Shown here one piece after another: positions 1-10,538 of a stretch of DNA of 32,000 bases. Under the pieces are notes generated by a model. The model was not told the origin of the DNA. It was given only the letters and a program-made list of their open reading frames with translations, and did not search any database. The stretch's first letter is position 1; each line of letters starts with the position of its first letter. This DNA is from Cylindrospermopsis raciborskii Cr2010 (GTDB lineage Bacteria > Cyanobacteriota > Cyanobacteriia > Cyanobacteriales > Nostocaceae): contig NZ_CP065936.1 in the NCBI RefSeq assembly GCF_003367075.2, positions 990,001-1,022,000 on the forward strand. The letters run 5' to 3'. Position numbers and translations under genes: made by a program.

Positions 1-162
1 GATCCCTAGATGATAATTTTTGTTCTGTCCCGTTCATGGCCTGATTATAGGAGTAGTTGCGGTAGTCGGAAGTCCCTGATGGGGTGAAAACTGTTATGGT
101 ATCACAGTTATATCCGCTCAACCACTTAAACTACCAGAAATTTGCAGAAAATTCATCAATTC

Positions 163-1050
163 TTAGCACTTCATGGCTTTTACCAGCAACTGGGGAATTT
201 GCTGAGGATATTGGGCAACAGGTATTTGGGCATTACTAAAGGTGCTTAACTTAGTAGAAACACTGCCAAAATCAGGATCACGTTTGACCACAGTGGCAAA
301 GTTGCCTGATTGGTGCCAGGATTTAGAAGGTGGTGCATGTCTACCAGCAATATAAGCAACAACTGGCTTATCAATAGCTGTGGATATGTATTTGGCAGCT
401 ACCTCCTCACTTTCACCTCCCGGTTGACCAACTAAAACTATTGCTTCCGTATTTTCATCCTCATCTAGAATTTGTAACCATTGAGAAAAGGAAGAACCTA
501 CAATTGCATCACTACCAATACTCACGCTAATAGACTGACCCAAACCAGCTTTAGTTAGTTCCCAAGCTACCTCGTAGGTAAGGGTACTGCTGCGACTGAC
601 AATACCTACATTGCCAGGAGTATAAAATTCACTAGGCTGAGTACCCAGGAGAATCTTCCCTGGCACAATAATCCCCGGACTATTAGGCCCCACAATTAGG
701 ATTTCGTGGTTTTCTGTTTTCCTCAGCAATGTCACCATATCCAGAGGTGGCACCCCCGGGGAGATAATAATGATCTGGGAAATGTTAGCAGCGATCGCCT
801 CTAGTGCAGCATCTAACACTTGATAGGGATGTACACTAATAATTGTTGTATCAATTGTCCCGAAACTTGATACCACCTCTTCCACTAAATCAAAAACTGG
901 CAAATTGTGTGCCATTATGCCACCATGACCGGGATCAACGCCAGCGACCAAATTAGTGCCATAGTATGATTTCATTTGGTCAATATGGGTTGTGGATATC
1001 AACTCCGAAAAACCTTGAATTAAAACTTTACTATCTGGCTTTAAGTTCAT
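163..1050 (-). CDS. sucD: Succinyl-CoA ligase alpha-subunit-like protein (SucD family), divergent at catalytic positions
   Basis: ORF 295 aa with SucD-like blocks: NSPGIIVPGK, VGIVSRSSTLTYEVAWELTKAGLGQS, TEAIVLVGQPGGESEEVAAKYI, YIAGRHAPPSK. Active-site residues differ from the E. coli enzyme. Confidence 0.8.
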   Translation of the reverse strand: MNLKPDSKVLIQGFSELISTTHIDQMKSYYGTNLVAGVDPGHGGIMAHNLPVFDLVEEVVSSFGTIDTTIISVHPYQVLDAALEAIAANISQIIIISPGVPPLDMVTLLRKTENHEILIVGPNSPGIIVPGKILLGTQPSEFYTPGNVGIVSRSSTLTYEVAWELTKAGLGQSISVSIGSDAIVGSSFSQWLQILDEDENTEAIVLVGQPGGESEEVAAKYISTAIDKPVVAYIAGRHAPPSKSWHQSGNFATVVKRDPDFGSVSTKLSTFSNAQIPVAQYPQQIPQLLVKAMKC

Positions 1051-1098
1051 AAACTCCTTATTAAACTTAGAAAATTTCTTTAAAGAAAGTTAGTACAG

Positions 1099-2313
1099 CT
1101 ATTTTCTATACACTTGTGATTTGGTTAAACTTACTGCTTCCTTAACAGCTACATCCAAATTTTCAACCAAGATGAAATTTTCGCTTTGAACTTGTAGGAT
1201 GGACAGTAATGACTTCCTGGCCACTTGAAAATCATTACCAGCTAGGCGCATGACTATTTTGGGTAAGCGCTGGGGGAGGGTTTTCTGAGGAGTATTTAAA
1301 AAGCATCTAAGTTCTTCCAATTGTAATGCCATAAAATCAGTCATCACTCTTGGTACTTCCGAGAGTTCAGGAATAGTACCCAGCAAATTAATGAGAATCA
1401 CCTGAATATTGCGATCAGCAGCCAAAACCCTTAGTCCAGTTTCCATGCGTTGACTAAATTTTGTCGGTTCTGTGTGGTTCAACCAAGAATGTCGTAAATT
1501 TAAGGAGACAGCAGGTTTACCTCCTGCAGCTACCACTGCATCCCAAGTGGTTAAAGCGGAACCAGTACCGTTGGCTAATATGCCAATTTCCCCTTGGTTA
1601 TTCCTACCCAGCATATCAACCAACATGCCATTTATTCTTTTGCTCCCGGGATCCCGTGCTATTTTACTTGCTATGTCAGCTATGTCTGGATGACGATTAA
1701 TAGCCCTTTCATTAACTCTAATTTTGCCATTAAGTGTCATTACTTGACAAGACGAACTTACGCCAAGAGGATTAATTTCCACTAAATCTAAGTCTTTGTG
1801 CAAAAACAAATGATACATTTTTGTCACAATGTCGCTGACGGACTGCATTAGTCCGCCCCTCAAACCCATGAGATATGCTAGTCTTCTGGCATAAAATGGG
1901 GAAAACTCTTGTTCCACAACCACGTATTGCATGTTCTCTCCGGGAGACTGCCAATCTATGTATCTACAGCCTAAAAGTACAGGACGACTAATAACTGTAT
2001 CTAAAACTACTGCTAGGTAGAATTCTTCTTGAGCATTATACTTGCTCTCCGCTAATAAAACTTTTGGTAGTTCTCCACCAATGGGCAAGCTAAATATACT
2101 TTGAGCAGCTGCAATGGCATCAATGGTCGTTTCTACAATTTTGACTCCGCCAACCTGTGAGCGATCGTTGGCATACACCTGGGATTTCAGCACAATTGGG
2201 TAGGGGATTTTTAACTTTTTTAAATCTGTGGGGTGGTCAATTCTTTGAGATGGTAATACGGGAATTCCTATCTTGTTAAACCACTCCTTAACTTGATACT
2301 CGAGTAAGTCCAT
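1099..2313 (-). CDS. sucC: Succinyl-CoA ligase beta-subunit-like ATP-grasp protein (SucC family)
   Basis: ORF 404 aa; N-terminus MDLLEYQVKEWFNKIGIPVLPSQRI, IVLKSQVYANDRSQVGGVKI, LVEINPLGV; adjacent to and same strand as the sucD-like gene. Confidence 0.78.
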   Translation of the reverse strand: MDLLEYQVKEWFNKIGIPVLPSQRIDHPTDLKKLKIPYPIVLKSQVYANDRSQVGGVKIVETTIDAIAAAQSIFSLPIGGELPKVLLAESKYNAQEEFYLAVVLDTVISRPVLLGCRYIDWQSPGENMQYVVVEQEFSPFYARRLAYLMGLRGGLMQSVSDIVTKMYHLFLHKDLDLVEINPLGVSSSCQVMTLNGKIRVNERAINRHPDIADIASKIARDPGSKRINGMLVDMLGRNNQGEIGILANGTGSALTTWDAVVAAGGKPAVSLNLRHSWLNHTEPTKFSQRMETGLRVLAADRNIQVILINLLGTIPELSEVPRVMTDFMALQLEELRCFLNTPQKTLPQRLPKIVMRLAGNDFQVARKSLLSILQVQSENFILVENLDVAVKEAVSLTKSQVYRK

Positions 2314-2473
2314 TATATATACCTTTTTGCGTTAAAAATTAATTTTATTTGATTAACGGATATAGATGTTTTTCCGAGTTCTACCATTCTAGGAGAAATA
2401 CTACAAAGGTTTCAACTACTGGGTAAGAGTAAAATTATTTACCACGTATTCGATTAGCTGTTCTAAGCTTTCC
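2083..2473. repeat. Left copy of the about 390-bp direct repeat flanking the accessory region
   Basis: Same orientation as 21196-21585; this copy lies within intact sucC / intergenic / cysC. Confidence 0.95.
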
Positions 2474-3015
2474 TCGACAGAAAGTTGAGAAGTTTCTACC
2501 CGTAAATCTGGCGCTTTGGGTGGTTCGTAGGGGGCGCTGATTCCCGTAAAGGACTCAATTTCTCCACAGCGTGCTTTTGCATAGAGTCCCTTGGGGTCAC
2601 GTTGTTCACAAATTTCCAGTGGAGTTGCAATATATACTTCATGAAATAGATCTCCGGACAGAATCCGGATTTGCTCCCGGTCTTTCCTGTAAGGTGAAAT
2701 GAAAGCAGTAATGACTAGACAACCTGACTCCGCAAAGAGTTTGGCCACCTGGCCAACGCGACGCATGTTTTCTGCGCGATCAGCAGCAGAAAATCCTAGG
2801 TCAGCACATAATCCATGACGCATATTGTCACCATCAAGGACAAAAGTATACCAGCCCTTTTGGAACAAAATCCGCTCTAATTCGAAAGCTAGAGTTGTTT
2901 TACCTGATCCTGATAGTCCAGTAAACCATAGAATCCCATTTCGGTGACCATTCTTTAAACAACGATCAAATGGGGACACAAGATGTTCTGTATGTTGAAT
3001 ATTCGTTGATTTCAT
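2416..3015 (-). CDS. cysC: Adenylylsulfate (APS) kinase
   Basis: ORF 199 aa with P-loop [43 protein letters not shown]-like block, [19 protein letters not shown]: all typical of CysC. Confidence 0.93.
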   Translation of the reverse strand: [199 protein letters not shown]

Positions 3016-3213
3016 AATCCATGATAAATATGAGTGAAACAGAACTGCTTAATAGCTTTTTCCATAACCGTTATGATAGGATTGATGGGCAAAAGTGACG
3101 GGTGAGTAGGCGTTTTGGGGCTATATCTGGCTCCGCGAGCTCATTTTATTCCATTTTTGCACCTGTTTTATGGAGAACTAATTTTAAAGAAATGTAAACT
3201 AACCGCGATCATA

Positions 3214-3363
3214 GCTTGACTTACTCAACAAAGTTTGATAAATTATTTGTGTACCATGTAAGTAACTGTAACGTAACACATATAACATAATAAAGTCAAC
3301 AATGATGTACTGAGCTTTGACGGTCTACATAATCTCAGTTCGTACAAACCAGACCCGCCTACC
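3214..3363. repeat. Left copy of second direct repeat (split by about 60 bp of unmatched sequence)
   Basis: gcttgacttactcaacaaagtttgataaatta (3214-3245) and atgtactgagctttgacggtctacataatctcagttcgtacaaaccagacccgcctacc (3305-3363) match 22743-22774 and the sequence from about 22786 to 22835. Confidence 0.85.
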
Positions 3364-3570
3364 CAAGGTAGCTACAAGGGTCGAATGGTGAGGATTTCTC
3401 TGTCTCAATTTCAGGGTTTCAAACGCCAACTCATTCCCCAAATATAGAACCCCAGGCATTGCTGAATTATGGGATGATTTACCCAAATTTTCAACCATTT
3501 TTTAATGGTTTCGGACACTATTTTATCCCGCAAATATGCAACGCCAATTTTTGCGTTCAAAAAAAAATAT

Positions 3571-4449
3571 ATGCTAAGCTTTTCCATTGTTATTCCTACC
3601 TATAATCGTCATGAAAAATTAAAAAATTGTTTGGACTCCCTAGCTGGTCTGCACTACCCAAATCATCAATTTGAAGTTATTATTGTTGACGACGGAAGTT
3701 ACAACTCTTTAGATAGTTTTGTTCAAACCTATCAAGCTCAACTAAATCTTACCCTAATTTGTCAACAAAACTCAGGACCTGCTAAAGCTAGGAATACGGG
3801 TGCTAATGTAGCAAAAGGTCAATACTTAGCATTTACTGATGATGACTGTACTCCCGATCCTAATTGGCTCTATACCCTAGAAAACGCCTTCTCTCAGTTC
3901 CCGATTGCCCTTTTAGGGGGAAAAACAATCAACGGCTTGCCAAAAAATTCTTATTCTACAGCTAGTCAATTACTTATTGATTATATTTATGAGTATTACA
4001 ATATAGATTCTGCGCAACCTAAATTTTTCGCTTCTAATAATTTTGCTGTTGCTAGGGACTTATTTAACCAACTGGGTCAATTTGATATTACTTTTCCTTC
4101 AGCAGCTGGAGAAGACAGGGAATTTTGCGATCGCTGGCTATTTCATGGATATTCTTTACATTATGTTCCTCAGGCAATGGTCTACCATTTCCATGATCTA
4201 AATTTACCGAAATTTTGGCGACAACATTTTAATTATGGCTGTGGTGCATTTTATTATCATCAAATTCGGTCTCAGCGTAATCAAGTATCCATAAAGGTTG
4301 AGCCATTGCACTTTTACTGGCGGTTATTACTTTATCCATTCGGGAAAAAATATCATTACCTGTCCAAAATATTTCTTTCTGGTTTATTATTTATCTCACA
4401 ATTAGCTAACATTTGCGGGTTTTTTAAAACCAAATTGGAAAATATTTAG
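3571..4449 (+). CDS. Family 2 glycosyltransferase (track ORF begins 3505; in-frame ATG at 3571 starts the recognisable domain MLSFSIVIPTYNR)
   Basis: FSIVIPTYNRHEKLKNCLDSL, GPAKARNTGANVAKGQYLAFTDDDCTPD typical of GT-A fold GT2. Confidence 0.85.
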   Translation: MLSFSIVIPTYNRHEKLKNCLDSLAGLHYPNHQFEVIIVDDGSYNSLDSFVQTYQAQLNLTLICQQNSGPAKARNTGANVAKGQYLAFTDDDCTPDPNWLYTLENAFSQFPIALLGGKTINGLPKNSYSTASQLLIDYIYEYYNIDSAQPKFFASNNFAVARDLFNQLGQFDITFPSAAGEDREFCDRWLFHGYSLHYVPQAMVYHFHDLNLPKFWRQHFNYGCGAFYYHQIRSQRNQVSIKVEPLHFYWRLLLYPFGKKYHYLSKIFLSGLLFISQLANICGFFKTKLENI

Positions 4450-4559
4450 TTTACCATCACTAAAAAAAATTTTATGAAAATAGAGCGAAGAGAATTTTTA
4501 CAAAGCGTAGGGTTGGCATTAGAATTTTTTACTAAAAACGATTTTCTGTCGGTGAATTC

Positions 4560-5744
4560 ATGAAAATTTTGCTAATTACTGATTATGCCACACCAACAGG
4601 GGGGGCAGAAATATTGACCATCGCACTAAGAGATGGATTGCGATCGCGCGGTCACGATGCCCGTCTACTTGCTAGTTCTGCTCGTCCTCTGAATGCCCAA
4701 AGCCAAGCAGATTACCATTGTTTTGGCACAACATCTAGTTTTCGTACCTTATTGCAAACAGCTAACTTTTGGGCTTTTAGGAAGTTAAAACAAATCCTGG
4801 CTGAATTTCAGCCTGATGTGGTTCACGTAACACTATTTTTAACTCAACTTTCACCGTTAATACTACCTTTACTCCAAAATATCCCCAGTCTTTACTATGC
4901 AGTTTGGTATCGGTCTATTTGTCCCACTGGTACTAAAATCCTACCTAATGGAACAGCTTGCCAAGTAAAAATGGGTATGGCTTGTTATCAGAATCATTGC
5001 TTACCTTTATGGGATTGGTTGCCATTAATGCTTCAAATGAAATTGTGGCAACGTTGGTGTAATGCCTTCGACTTATTTATAGCCCCTAGTCAAGCTGTAA
5101 AAGAACATTTAATGAAGGCAGGAATTAAATCCGTTGAGATAGTTTGGCATGGCACACCAATTCAACCCCAACGTCCCCCCCTGAGATCACCACCAACAGT
5201 AGCATTTGCCGGACGACTAGTCAAAGAAAAGGGTGCAGAGGTATTGTTAAAAGCTTTTGCTTTGGTAGTGCATCAAATACCAGAAGCAAAGTTATTGCTG
5301 GTGGGAGATGGATCTGAAAGAGAAGCTTTAAAACAAAAAATCAATGACTTAAATATTACCGCTAATGTTTTTATGCCTGGATTAGTGTCACGACTGGAAA
5401 CAGAGAAATTATTCTCTACCGCGTGGGTACAGGTAGTTCCATCTCTGTGGCCGGAACCCTTTGGTACAGTTGTGATTGAAGCTATGATGCGTGGAACCGC
5501 AGTAGTAGTCAGTGCATCTGGTGGTCTGCCTGAGATTGTTAAAAATAATGATACTGGCTTAGTAGTACCATCTAAAAACTATAAAGCATTAGCTGCTGCG
5601 TTGTTGCAGATACTACACAATCGGGAATGGGCAGAACGGATGGGTAAAAGAGCAAGAGAAGTCGCTAAAACTCAGTATAGTCATGATATTTACGTAGATA
5701 GATTTTTAGAAAAATACCAAAAGATATGTTGTATGCGATACTGA
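4560..5744 (+). CDS. Family 4 glycosyltransferase
   Basis: ORF 394 aa; VAFAGRLVKEKGAEVLLKAF, VPSLWPEPFGTVVIEAMMRGTAVVVSASGGLPEIV (EX7E motif). Confidence 0.9.
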   Translation: MKILLITDYATPTGGAEILTIALRDGLRSRGHDARLLASSARPLNAQSQADYHCFGTTSSFRTLLQTANFWAFRKLKQILAEFQPDVVHVTLFLTQLSPLILPLLQNIPSLYYAVWYRSICPTGTKILPNGTACQVKMGMACYQNHCLPLWDWLPLMLQMKLWQRWCNAFDLFIAPSQAVKEHLMKAGIKSVEIVWHGTPIQPQRPPLRSPPTVAFAGRLVKEKGAEVLLKAFALVVHQIPEAKLLLVGDGSEREALKQKINDLNITANVFMPGLVSRLETEKLFSTAWVQVVPSLWPEPFGTVVIEAMMRGTAVVVSASGGLPEIVKNNDTGLVVPSKNYKALAAALLQILHNREWAERMGKRAREVAKTQYSHDIYVDRFLEKYQKICCMRY

Positions 5745-5772
5745 AATTTTCTATATATATAAATATAAAAAC

Positions 5773-6780
5773 ATGAATTTGTTCACAGAGCTATCAATTT
5801 CGGTGATCATTCCTGTTCACAATGGTGGTGACAGTTTCCGCCAGTGTTTGTCAAGTATTAGCATATCCCAAATTCGTCCCAGAGAAGTTATTGTAGTGGC
5901 TGATGGCGATGCAGATAATTCTTGGCAAGTAGCAACAGACTGGGGTGCTAAAGTTATGAGAGTCAAGGAAAAGAGTGGACCTGCACAAGCGAGAAATTTA
6001 GGGGCAAATGCAGCTCAAGGAGATATCCTGTTTTTTGTGGATGCTGATGTAGCCATAGCTCCAGACACAATCAATCGGGTCAAATTTACCTTTGAAGAAG
6101 ATGTAAATCTAGCAGCATTGATTGGTTCCTATGATGATGCTCCAGGAGCAAGTAATTTTCTTTCTCAATACAAAAACCTTTTTCACCACTATACCCATCA
6201 AAATGCCAATGAGGATGCTTTCACTTTTTGGGGAGCTTGCGGTGCGATTCGCCGTGATGTCTTTTTGGCTATAGGTGGTTTTGATGAAGGTTATCGTCGT
6301 CCTTGTGTGGAAGATATTGAGTTAGGTTATCGTTTAAAAGCAGCAGGGTACAAAATTAAACTAGTTAAGTCATTGCAAGTAAAACACTTGAAACGGTGGG
6401 AAATTATATCTTTAATTAAAGCGGATGTGTGCGATCGCGCTTTACCCTGGACTCAATTGATACTCCGCCAGGGGAAAATGCCTTCCGATCTGAATCTTGG
6501 TTGGTCAAGTCGGCTAAGTGTAGTTCTAGTTTACTTGTTTCTATTGAGTTTAGTTGCTTGTTGGTGGCAGTGGGAACTATTTATTTTTGCTGCCGTTATA
6601 TGTATAGTACTAGTAAGTGTTAATGCGGCAGCTTACCGCTTTTTCGTTGAAAAGCGAGGTGTTTTATTTACGTTTGGCGTGTTATTTTGGCATTGGTTGT
6701 ACTATTTTTACAGTGGTTTAGCCTTTGTAGTGGGTATATTTTTGTTAAAATTCTCCAAAAATACTGGATGGAAAACTTGA
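5773..6780 (+). CDS. Family 2 glycosyltransferase with C-terminal hydrophobic segments
   Basis: ISVIIPVHNGGDSFRQCLSSI, GPAQARNLGANAAQGDILFFVDADV, CVEDIELGYRLKAAG. Confidence 0.88.
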   Translation: MNLFTELSISVIIPVHNGGDSFRQCLSSISISQIRPREVIVVADGDADNSWQVATDWGAKVMRVKEKSGPAQARNLGANAAQGDILFFVDADVAIAPDTINRVKFTFEEDVNLAALIGSYDDAPGASNFLSQYKNLFHHYTHQNANEDAFTFWGACGAIRRDVFLAIGGFDEGYRRPCVEDIELGYRLKAAGYKIKLVKSLQVKHLKRWEIISLIKADVCDRALPWTQLILRQGKMPSDLNLGWSSRLSVVLVYLFLLSLVACWWQWELFIFAAVICIVLVSVNAAAYRFFVEKRGVLFTFGVLFWHWLYYFYSGLAFVVGIFLLKFSKNTGWKT

Positions 6781-6923
6781 ATTGTCACGGGACAAAAGCT
6801 GTTCGTCATCTAAATTTCTCATATAGTCTACACCTGTAAACGATTACAGCCACTAAAAAGTGCAGTTTAAATGCACGACAGCTTACTCAACAAATTTATA
6901 AAAGTTACGGAGAAGAATTTGTT

Positions 6924-8375
6924 TTGCTACAAGCTAATCAAAAGAAGGTGTTAATTATCGGTGCTGGACCTGCTGGATTAACAACAGCTTACCATCTGGT
7001 TCATCAGGGGGTTTATCCAATTATACTGGAACAAACTAATAAAGTTGGGGGTATTTCCCGTACGGAAACATATAAGGGATATCACATTGATATTGGCGGT
7101 CATAGGTTCTACACTAAAGTTGAAGAAATTCAGCAAATTTGGGTAGAGATATTGGGTAACAACTTTCAAAAAGTTGATAGACTATCGCGCATTTACTACA
7201 ATGGCAAATTCTTTAACTATCCCTTAGAAGTAACTGACGCTTTATCAAACCTAGGATTCATTAAAAGTTTCCTAGTATTACTTAGTTACTTACAAGCTAA
7301 AATCAAACCTGATCCGGTAGAAGAAAATTTTGAACAGTGGGTGTGTAACCGCTTTGGTAAAAGGTTATATGAAACTTTTTTTAAAAGTTATACTGAAAAA
7401 GTTTGGGGTATTCCCTGTACAAAAATTAGAGCAGATTGGGCGGCACAAAGGATTCAAGGAATGTCATTAACAACAACAATTATTAATAGTTTGAAAAAAA
7501 CACAACAAATTAAATCCTTAATTAAGGAATTTTACTATCCAGAATTAGGACCGGGGATGATGTGGGAAAAATGCCAAGAAATAATCTCCAATAAAGGGGG
7601 AACGACTTATTTTTCTACGGTAGTACATCAGGTTTACCACCGAGATCATCGGATTAAAAAAATTACTGTACAACAGGAAAATAAAACTTTTGATTTAGAA
7701 GCTGACCAGTTTGTTTCTAGTATGCCACTAACTGGTTTAATATTAGCGTTAGATCCACCAGCACCAAAAGCAGTTTTGCAAGCAGCAGGCAATTTGAAGT
7801 ATCGAGATTTTTTGATTGTGGCTTTAATAATTAATGAGGTTGATTTATTTCCTGATAACTGGATTTATGTTCATAGTCCAGCGTTTTGTGTAGGAAGGAT
7901 ACAAAATTTCAAAAATTGGAGTCTGGCGATGGTTCCAGATAGAAGTAAAACCTGTGTAGGGATGGAATATTTTTGTAATCAAGGCGATCAACTTTGGTCA
8001 ATGTCAGATAGTGAATTAATTGATTTTGCCAGTAGAGAAATTGTAGGTTTATCTCTATTACAAAATATAAATAAAATCGAAGATGGGACGGTAATTAGAC
8101 AATTAAAAGCCTATCCTGTTTACGATGAGGAATATAGACACAATTTACAGGTCATTCAAGACTATTTAAAAACTTTTAATAATCTCCAAAGTATTGGACG
8201 TAATGGGATGCACCGTTATAATAATCAAGACCATTCCATGTTAACAGGACTATTAGCCGCGAAAAATATTTTAGGAGAGAATCACGACTTATGGGATGTG
8301 AACACAGAACGTTCCTATTATGAGGATATGAAGAGTTCACAAAAAACTAGACCCTGGACTAATCTCAACTCCTGA
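6924..8375 (+). CDS. FAD-dependent oxidoreductase, amine-oxidase / UDP-galactopyranose mutase-like
   Basis: N-terminal dinucleotide fold VLIIGAGPAGLTTAYHLV...ILEQTNKVGGISRT; DIGGHRFYTK. Confidence 0.85.
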   Translation: MLQANQKKVLIIGAGPAGLTTAYHLVHQGVYPIILEQTNKVGGISRTETYKGYHIDIGGHRFYTKVEEIQQIWVEILGNNFQKVDRLSRIYYNGKFFNYPLEVTDALSNLGFIKSFLVLLSYLQAKIKPDPVEENFEQWVCNRFGKRLYETFFKSYTEKVWGIPCTKIRADWAAQRIQGMSLTTTIINSLKKTQQIKSLIKEFYYPELGPGMMWEKCQEIISNKGGTTYFSTVVHQVYHRDHRIKKITVQQENKTFDLEADQFVSSMPLTGLILALDPPAPKAVLQAAGNLKYRDFLIVALIINEVDLFPDNWIYVHSPAFCVGRIQNFKNWSLAMVPDRSKTCVGMEYFCNQGDQLWSMSDSELIDFASREIVGLSLLQNINKIEDGTVIRQLKAYPVYDEEYRHNLQVIQDYLKTFNNLQSIGRNGMHRYNNQDHSMLTGLLAAKNILGENHDLWDVNTERSYYEDMKSSQKTRPWTNLNS

Positions 8376-8448
8376 TTGAACACAGCCTTAACCTGGTGCG
8401 TCAGTTATGTGATATTATTACTGCTCTGTTTGGTAGGTAACCTAGTAT

Positions 8449-9228
8449 ATGAAGTATGAAAAAATCAGTATCACGTTTCGTCTGAGCTGGGAACTTTTTG
8501 TTCGTAATATGGTGGCTCGCCACCGCAATAGTCAATTGGGCTATCTATGGTTGATTTTGTCGCCTCTGGTATTAGCTGGTACATGGATTTTCTTGAAACG
8601 TAGCGGGAATTTCCACATTCCAGAGACCAATATTCCCTACGGGCCCTATGTAGTCACAGGGGTGTTTCTCTGGCAGGGGTTTTCCCGACAACTTAATAGC
8701 TCCCTATCCCATCTTTCTGCCTTTCGGCACCTATTTAGTAAATATCACTTCCCATGGGAGGCAATCGTCCTGGCGGGTTGGGCTGAAGCCGTCGTTGAGT
8801 TTGCCCTCAGCATGGGTGTTCTCTTGGTGGTGCTGAGGCTGATTGGTTTTGGCACCCTCTCGACCATCCTATTCTCGCTACCTCTGATGGCAAGCCTACT
8901 GTTGTTAGGTGGTGGGGTGGGCCTACTACTAGCCCCCATCGGATTACTTTATGAGGATATTGGACAAGGCACCAATTTATGCCTGCAACTGATGTTTTTC
9001 CTAATTCCCATTGTTTATCCCATGCCCACGGAGGGAATAGGCAAGCTAGTGGTGGAGTGGAACCCTGTGGCTGTGTTACTGGTTGCTGCCCGCGAGACTC
9101 TTTTGATAGGCCGGGTTTCCATGTCCTTCCAGACCATCCTGGCCAGTTTGATATCTACGGGGGTGGCCATTCTGGCTTTAGTCTTTTTGAGGCTGGCCCG
9201 TCCCCATCTCGCCGTGAGGGCTGGCTGA
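8449..9228 (+). CDS. ABC-2 type polysaccharide export permease (Wzm-like)
   Basis: LSWELFVRNMVARHRNSQLGYLWLILSPLVL, multiple hydrophobic helices; stop overlaps the ATPase start (TGATG). Confidence 0.87.
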   Translation: MKYEKISITFRLSWELFVRNMVARHRNSQLGYLWLILSPLVLAGTWIFLKRSGNFHIPETNIPYGPYVVTGVFLWQGFSRQLNSSLSHLSAFRHLFSKYHFPWEAIVLAGWAEAVVEFALSMGVLLVVLRLIGFGTLSTILFSLPLMASLLLLGGGVGLLLAPIGLLYEDIGQGTNLCLQLMFFLIPIVYPMPTEGIGKLVVEWNPVAVLLVAARETLLIGRVSMSFQTILASLISTGVAILALVFLRLARPHLAVRAG

Positions 9229-10538
9229 TGGGTGAGCGCAGTATACTAGAGATTAAGGGCGTTAGCCAGCGGTTTTCCCGCAGCATGCGCCATGCTTTGC
9301 GGTATGGGGTCTATGACATCTTCCAGCAACTCATGCCATCCCAGGGTGATCGGGCCGGACAGCTAAGACCTGGGGAGTTTTGGGCCCTACGTGATGTTAG
9401 TTTTTCCCTCAAGGCCGGGGAGTCATTGGGGATTTTAGGCAATAACGGCGCTGGCAAAAGCACCCTACTGAAGTTAATTGCTGGAATTTATCGGCCCACA
9501 GTCGGACACGTTCGAGTGAGGGGACGCATTGGTGCGATCATCGAGTTGGGCTCAGCTTTTGCCCCCAATCTATCGGGTCGGGAAAATATCCGTCTCCAGG
9601 CCCTGCTCCATGGCTACAGCCCAGGGTTATTACGTCGTCAAATGGAGGATATCCTGGCTTTTGCCGATCTAGGCGACTTTATTGATAGCCCGGTTCAGCA
9701 CTACAGCACCGGCATGCGGGCTCGGCTGGGGTTTGCGGTAGCGGTGCACGGTAACCCCGACCTCTTACTGGTGGATGAGGTACTGGCCGTAGGCGATTTG
9801 TCCTTCCAAAATAAGTGCCTGCGACTGGTAGAAAGGTTTCGCCAACAGGGCGGGGCTGTAGTGTTCGTTGGCCATAATCCTTATCAAATGCAGGCGGCTT
9901 GTGAGCGTGGCATTATCCTCAACCAGGGTTGCATTCACTTCGATGGTTCGATTGTAAATGCCATCGATCTGGTGCTAGATGGCGCTGAATCAGCTTCACA
10001 CCAAGACCCTACTTTGTCTACTGCGGGTCAGTTCCCAATCCAGGCGGCTAGTGATGCCAGCGCTTGCCTCCTCTTTGAGGTAGAAAGTACGGCCATTGCC
10101 TATCAACCACCGATCCCTAAGGCAAGGCACGGATCAGCTACAATAGATTTCACCTTGGTTGTCCACCGATCCCCAATCAGGCTGAACGGGCTAGCTGCCA
10201 TTTTCCCTCAGCAGGGTTCCCATGCGATCGCAGTATCTATCAGCGATGCGGTGGTTTTATCCCCGGGTTTACAAAAACTGACGATGGCAATCCCATCTTT
10301 GCCCCTGATACCTGGCAGTTACCTGGTAAAACTCTGTTTGATCGATGAAAGTACTTCCTTTTCGCTATGGAACCAGGGTTGGTCAGATAGGCCGCTAGAT
10401 TTCCACATCCCTGGAGAAGGATGTTCCCACGGAAATATCGCAAAGTCCCTGTCCTCAAAGATTTTTCTTGCCAGCCAGATTGATGTAGAAACCTCCTTAC
10501 CGGGTGACAAGCGGGTTGAAGATGAGATGTGGCAATAA
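9228..10538 (+). CDS. ABC exporter ATPase (Wzt-like) with C-terminal extension; real start most likely ATG 9228 rather than 8979
   Basis: Walker A GNNGAGKSTL, signature YSTGMRARLGFA, Walker B LLLVDEVLAVGD; about 190 aa beta-rich-looking C-terminal extension typical of substrate-recognising Wzt proteins. Residues encoded 8979-9227 are an alternative-frame read of the permease. Confidence 0.88.
   Translation: MGERSILEIKGVSQRFSRSMRHALRYGVYDIFQQLMPSQGDRAGQLRPGEFWALRDVSFSLKAGESLGILGNNGAGKSTLLKLIAGIYRPTVGHVRVRGRIGAIIELGSAFAPNLSGRENIRLQALLHGYSPGLLRRQMEDILAFADLGDFIDSPVQHYSTGMRARLGFAVAVHGNPDLLLVDEVLAVGDLSFQNKCLRLVERFRQQGGAVVFVGHNPYQMQAACERGIILNQGCIHFDGSIVNAIDLVLDGAESASHQDPTLSTAGQFPIQAASDASACLLFEVESTAIAYQPPIPKARHGSATIDFTLVVHRSPIRLNGLAAIFPQQGSHAIAVSISDAVVLSPGLQKLTMAIPSLPLIPGSYLVKLCLIDESTSFSLWNQGWSDRPLDFHIPGEGCSHGNIAKSLSSKIFLASQIDVETSLPGDKRVEDEMWQ

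Noticed and set aside
8979-9227. N-terminal part of the supplied 519-aa ORF (MPATDVFPNSHCL...)
   Set aside because: It is an alternative-frame read of the permease gene; the ATPase homology starts at ATG 9228 (MGERSILEIKGVSQRF), coupled to the permease stop.
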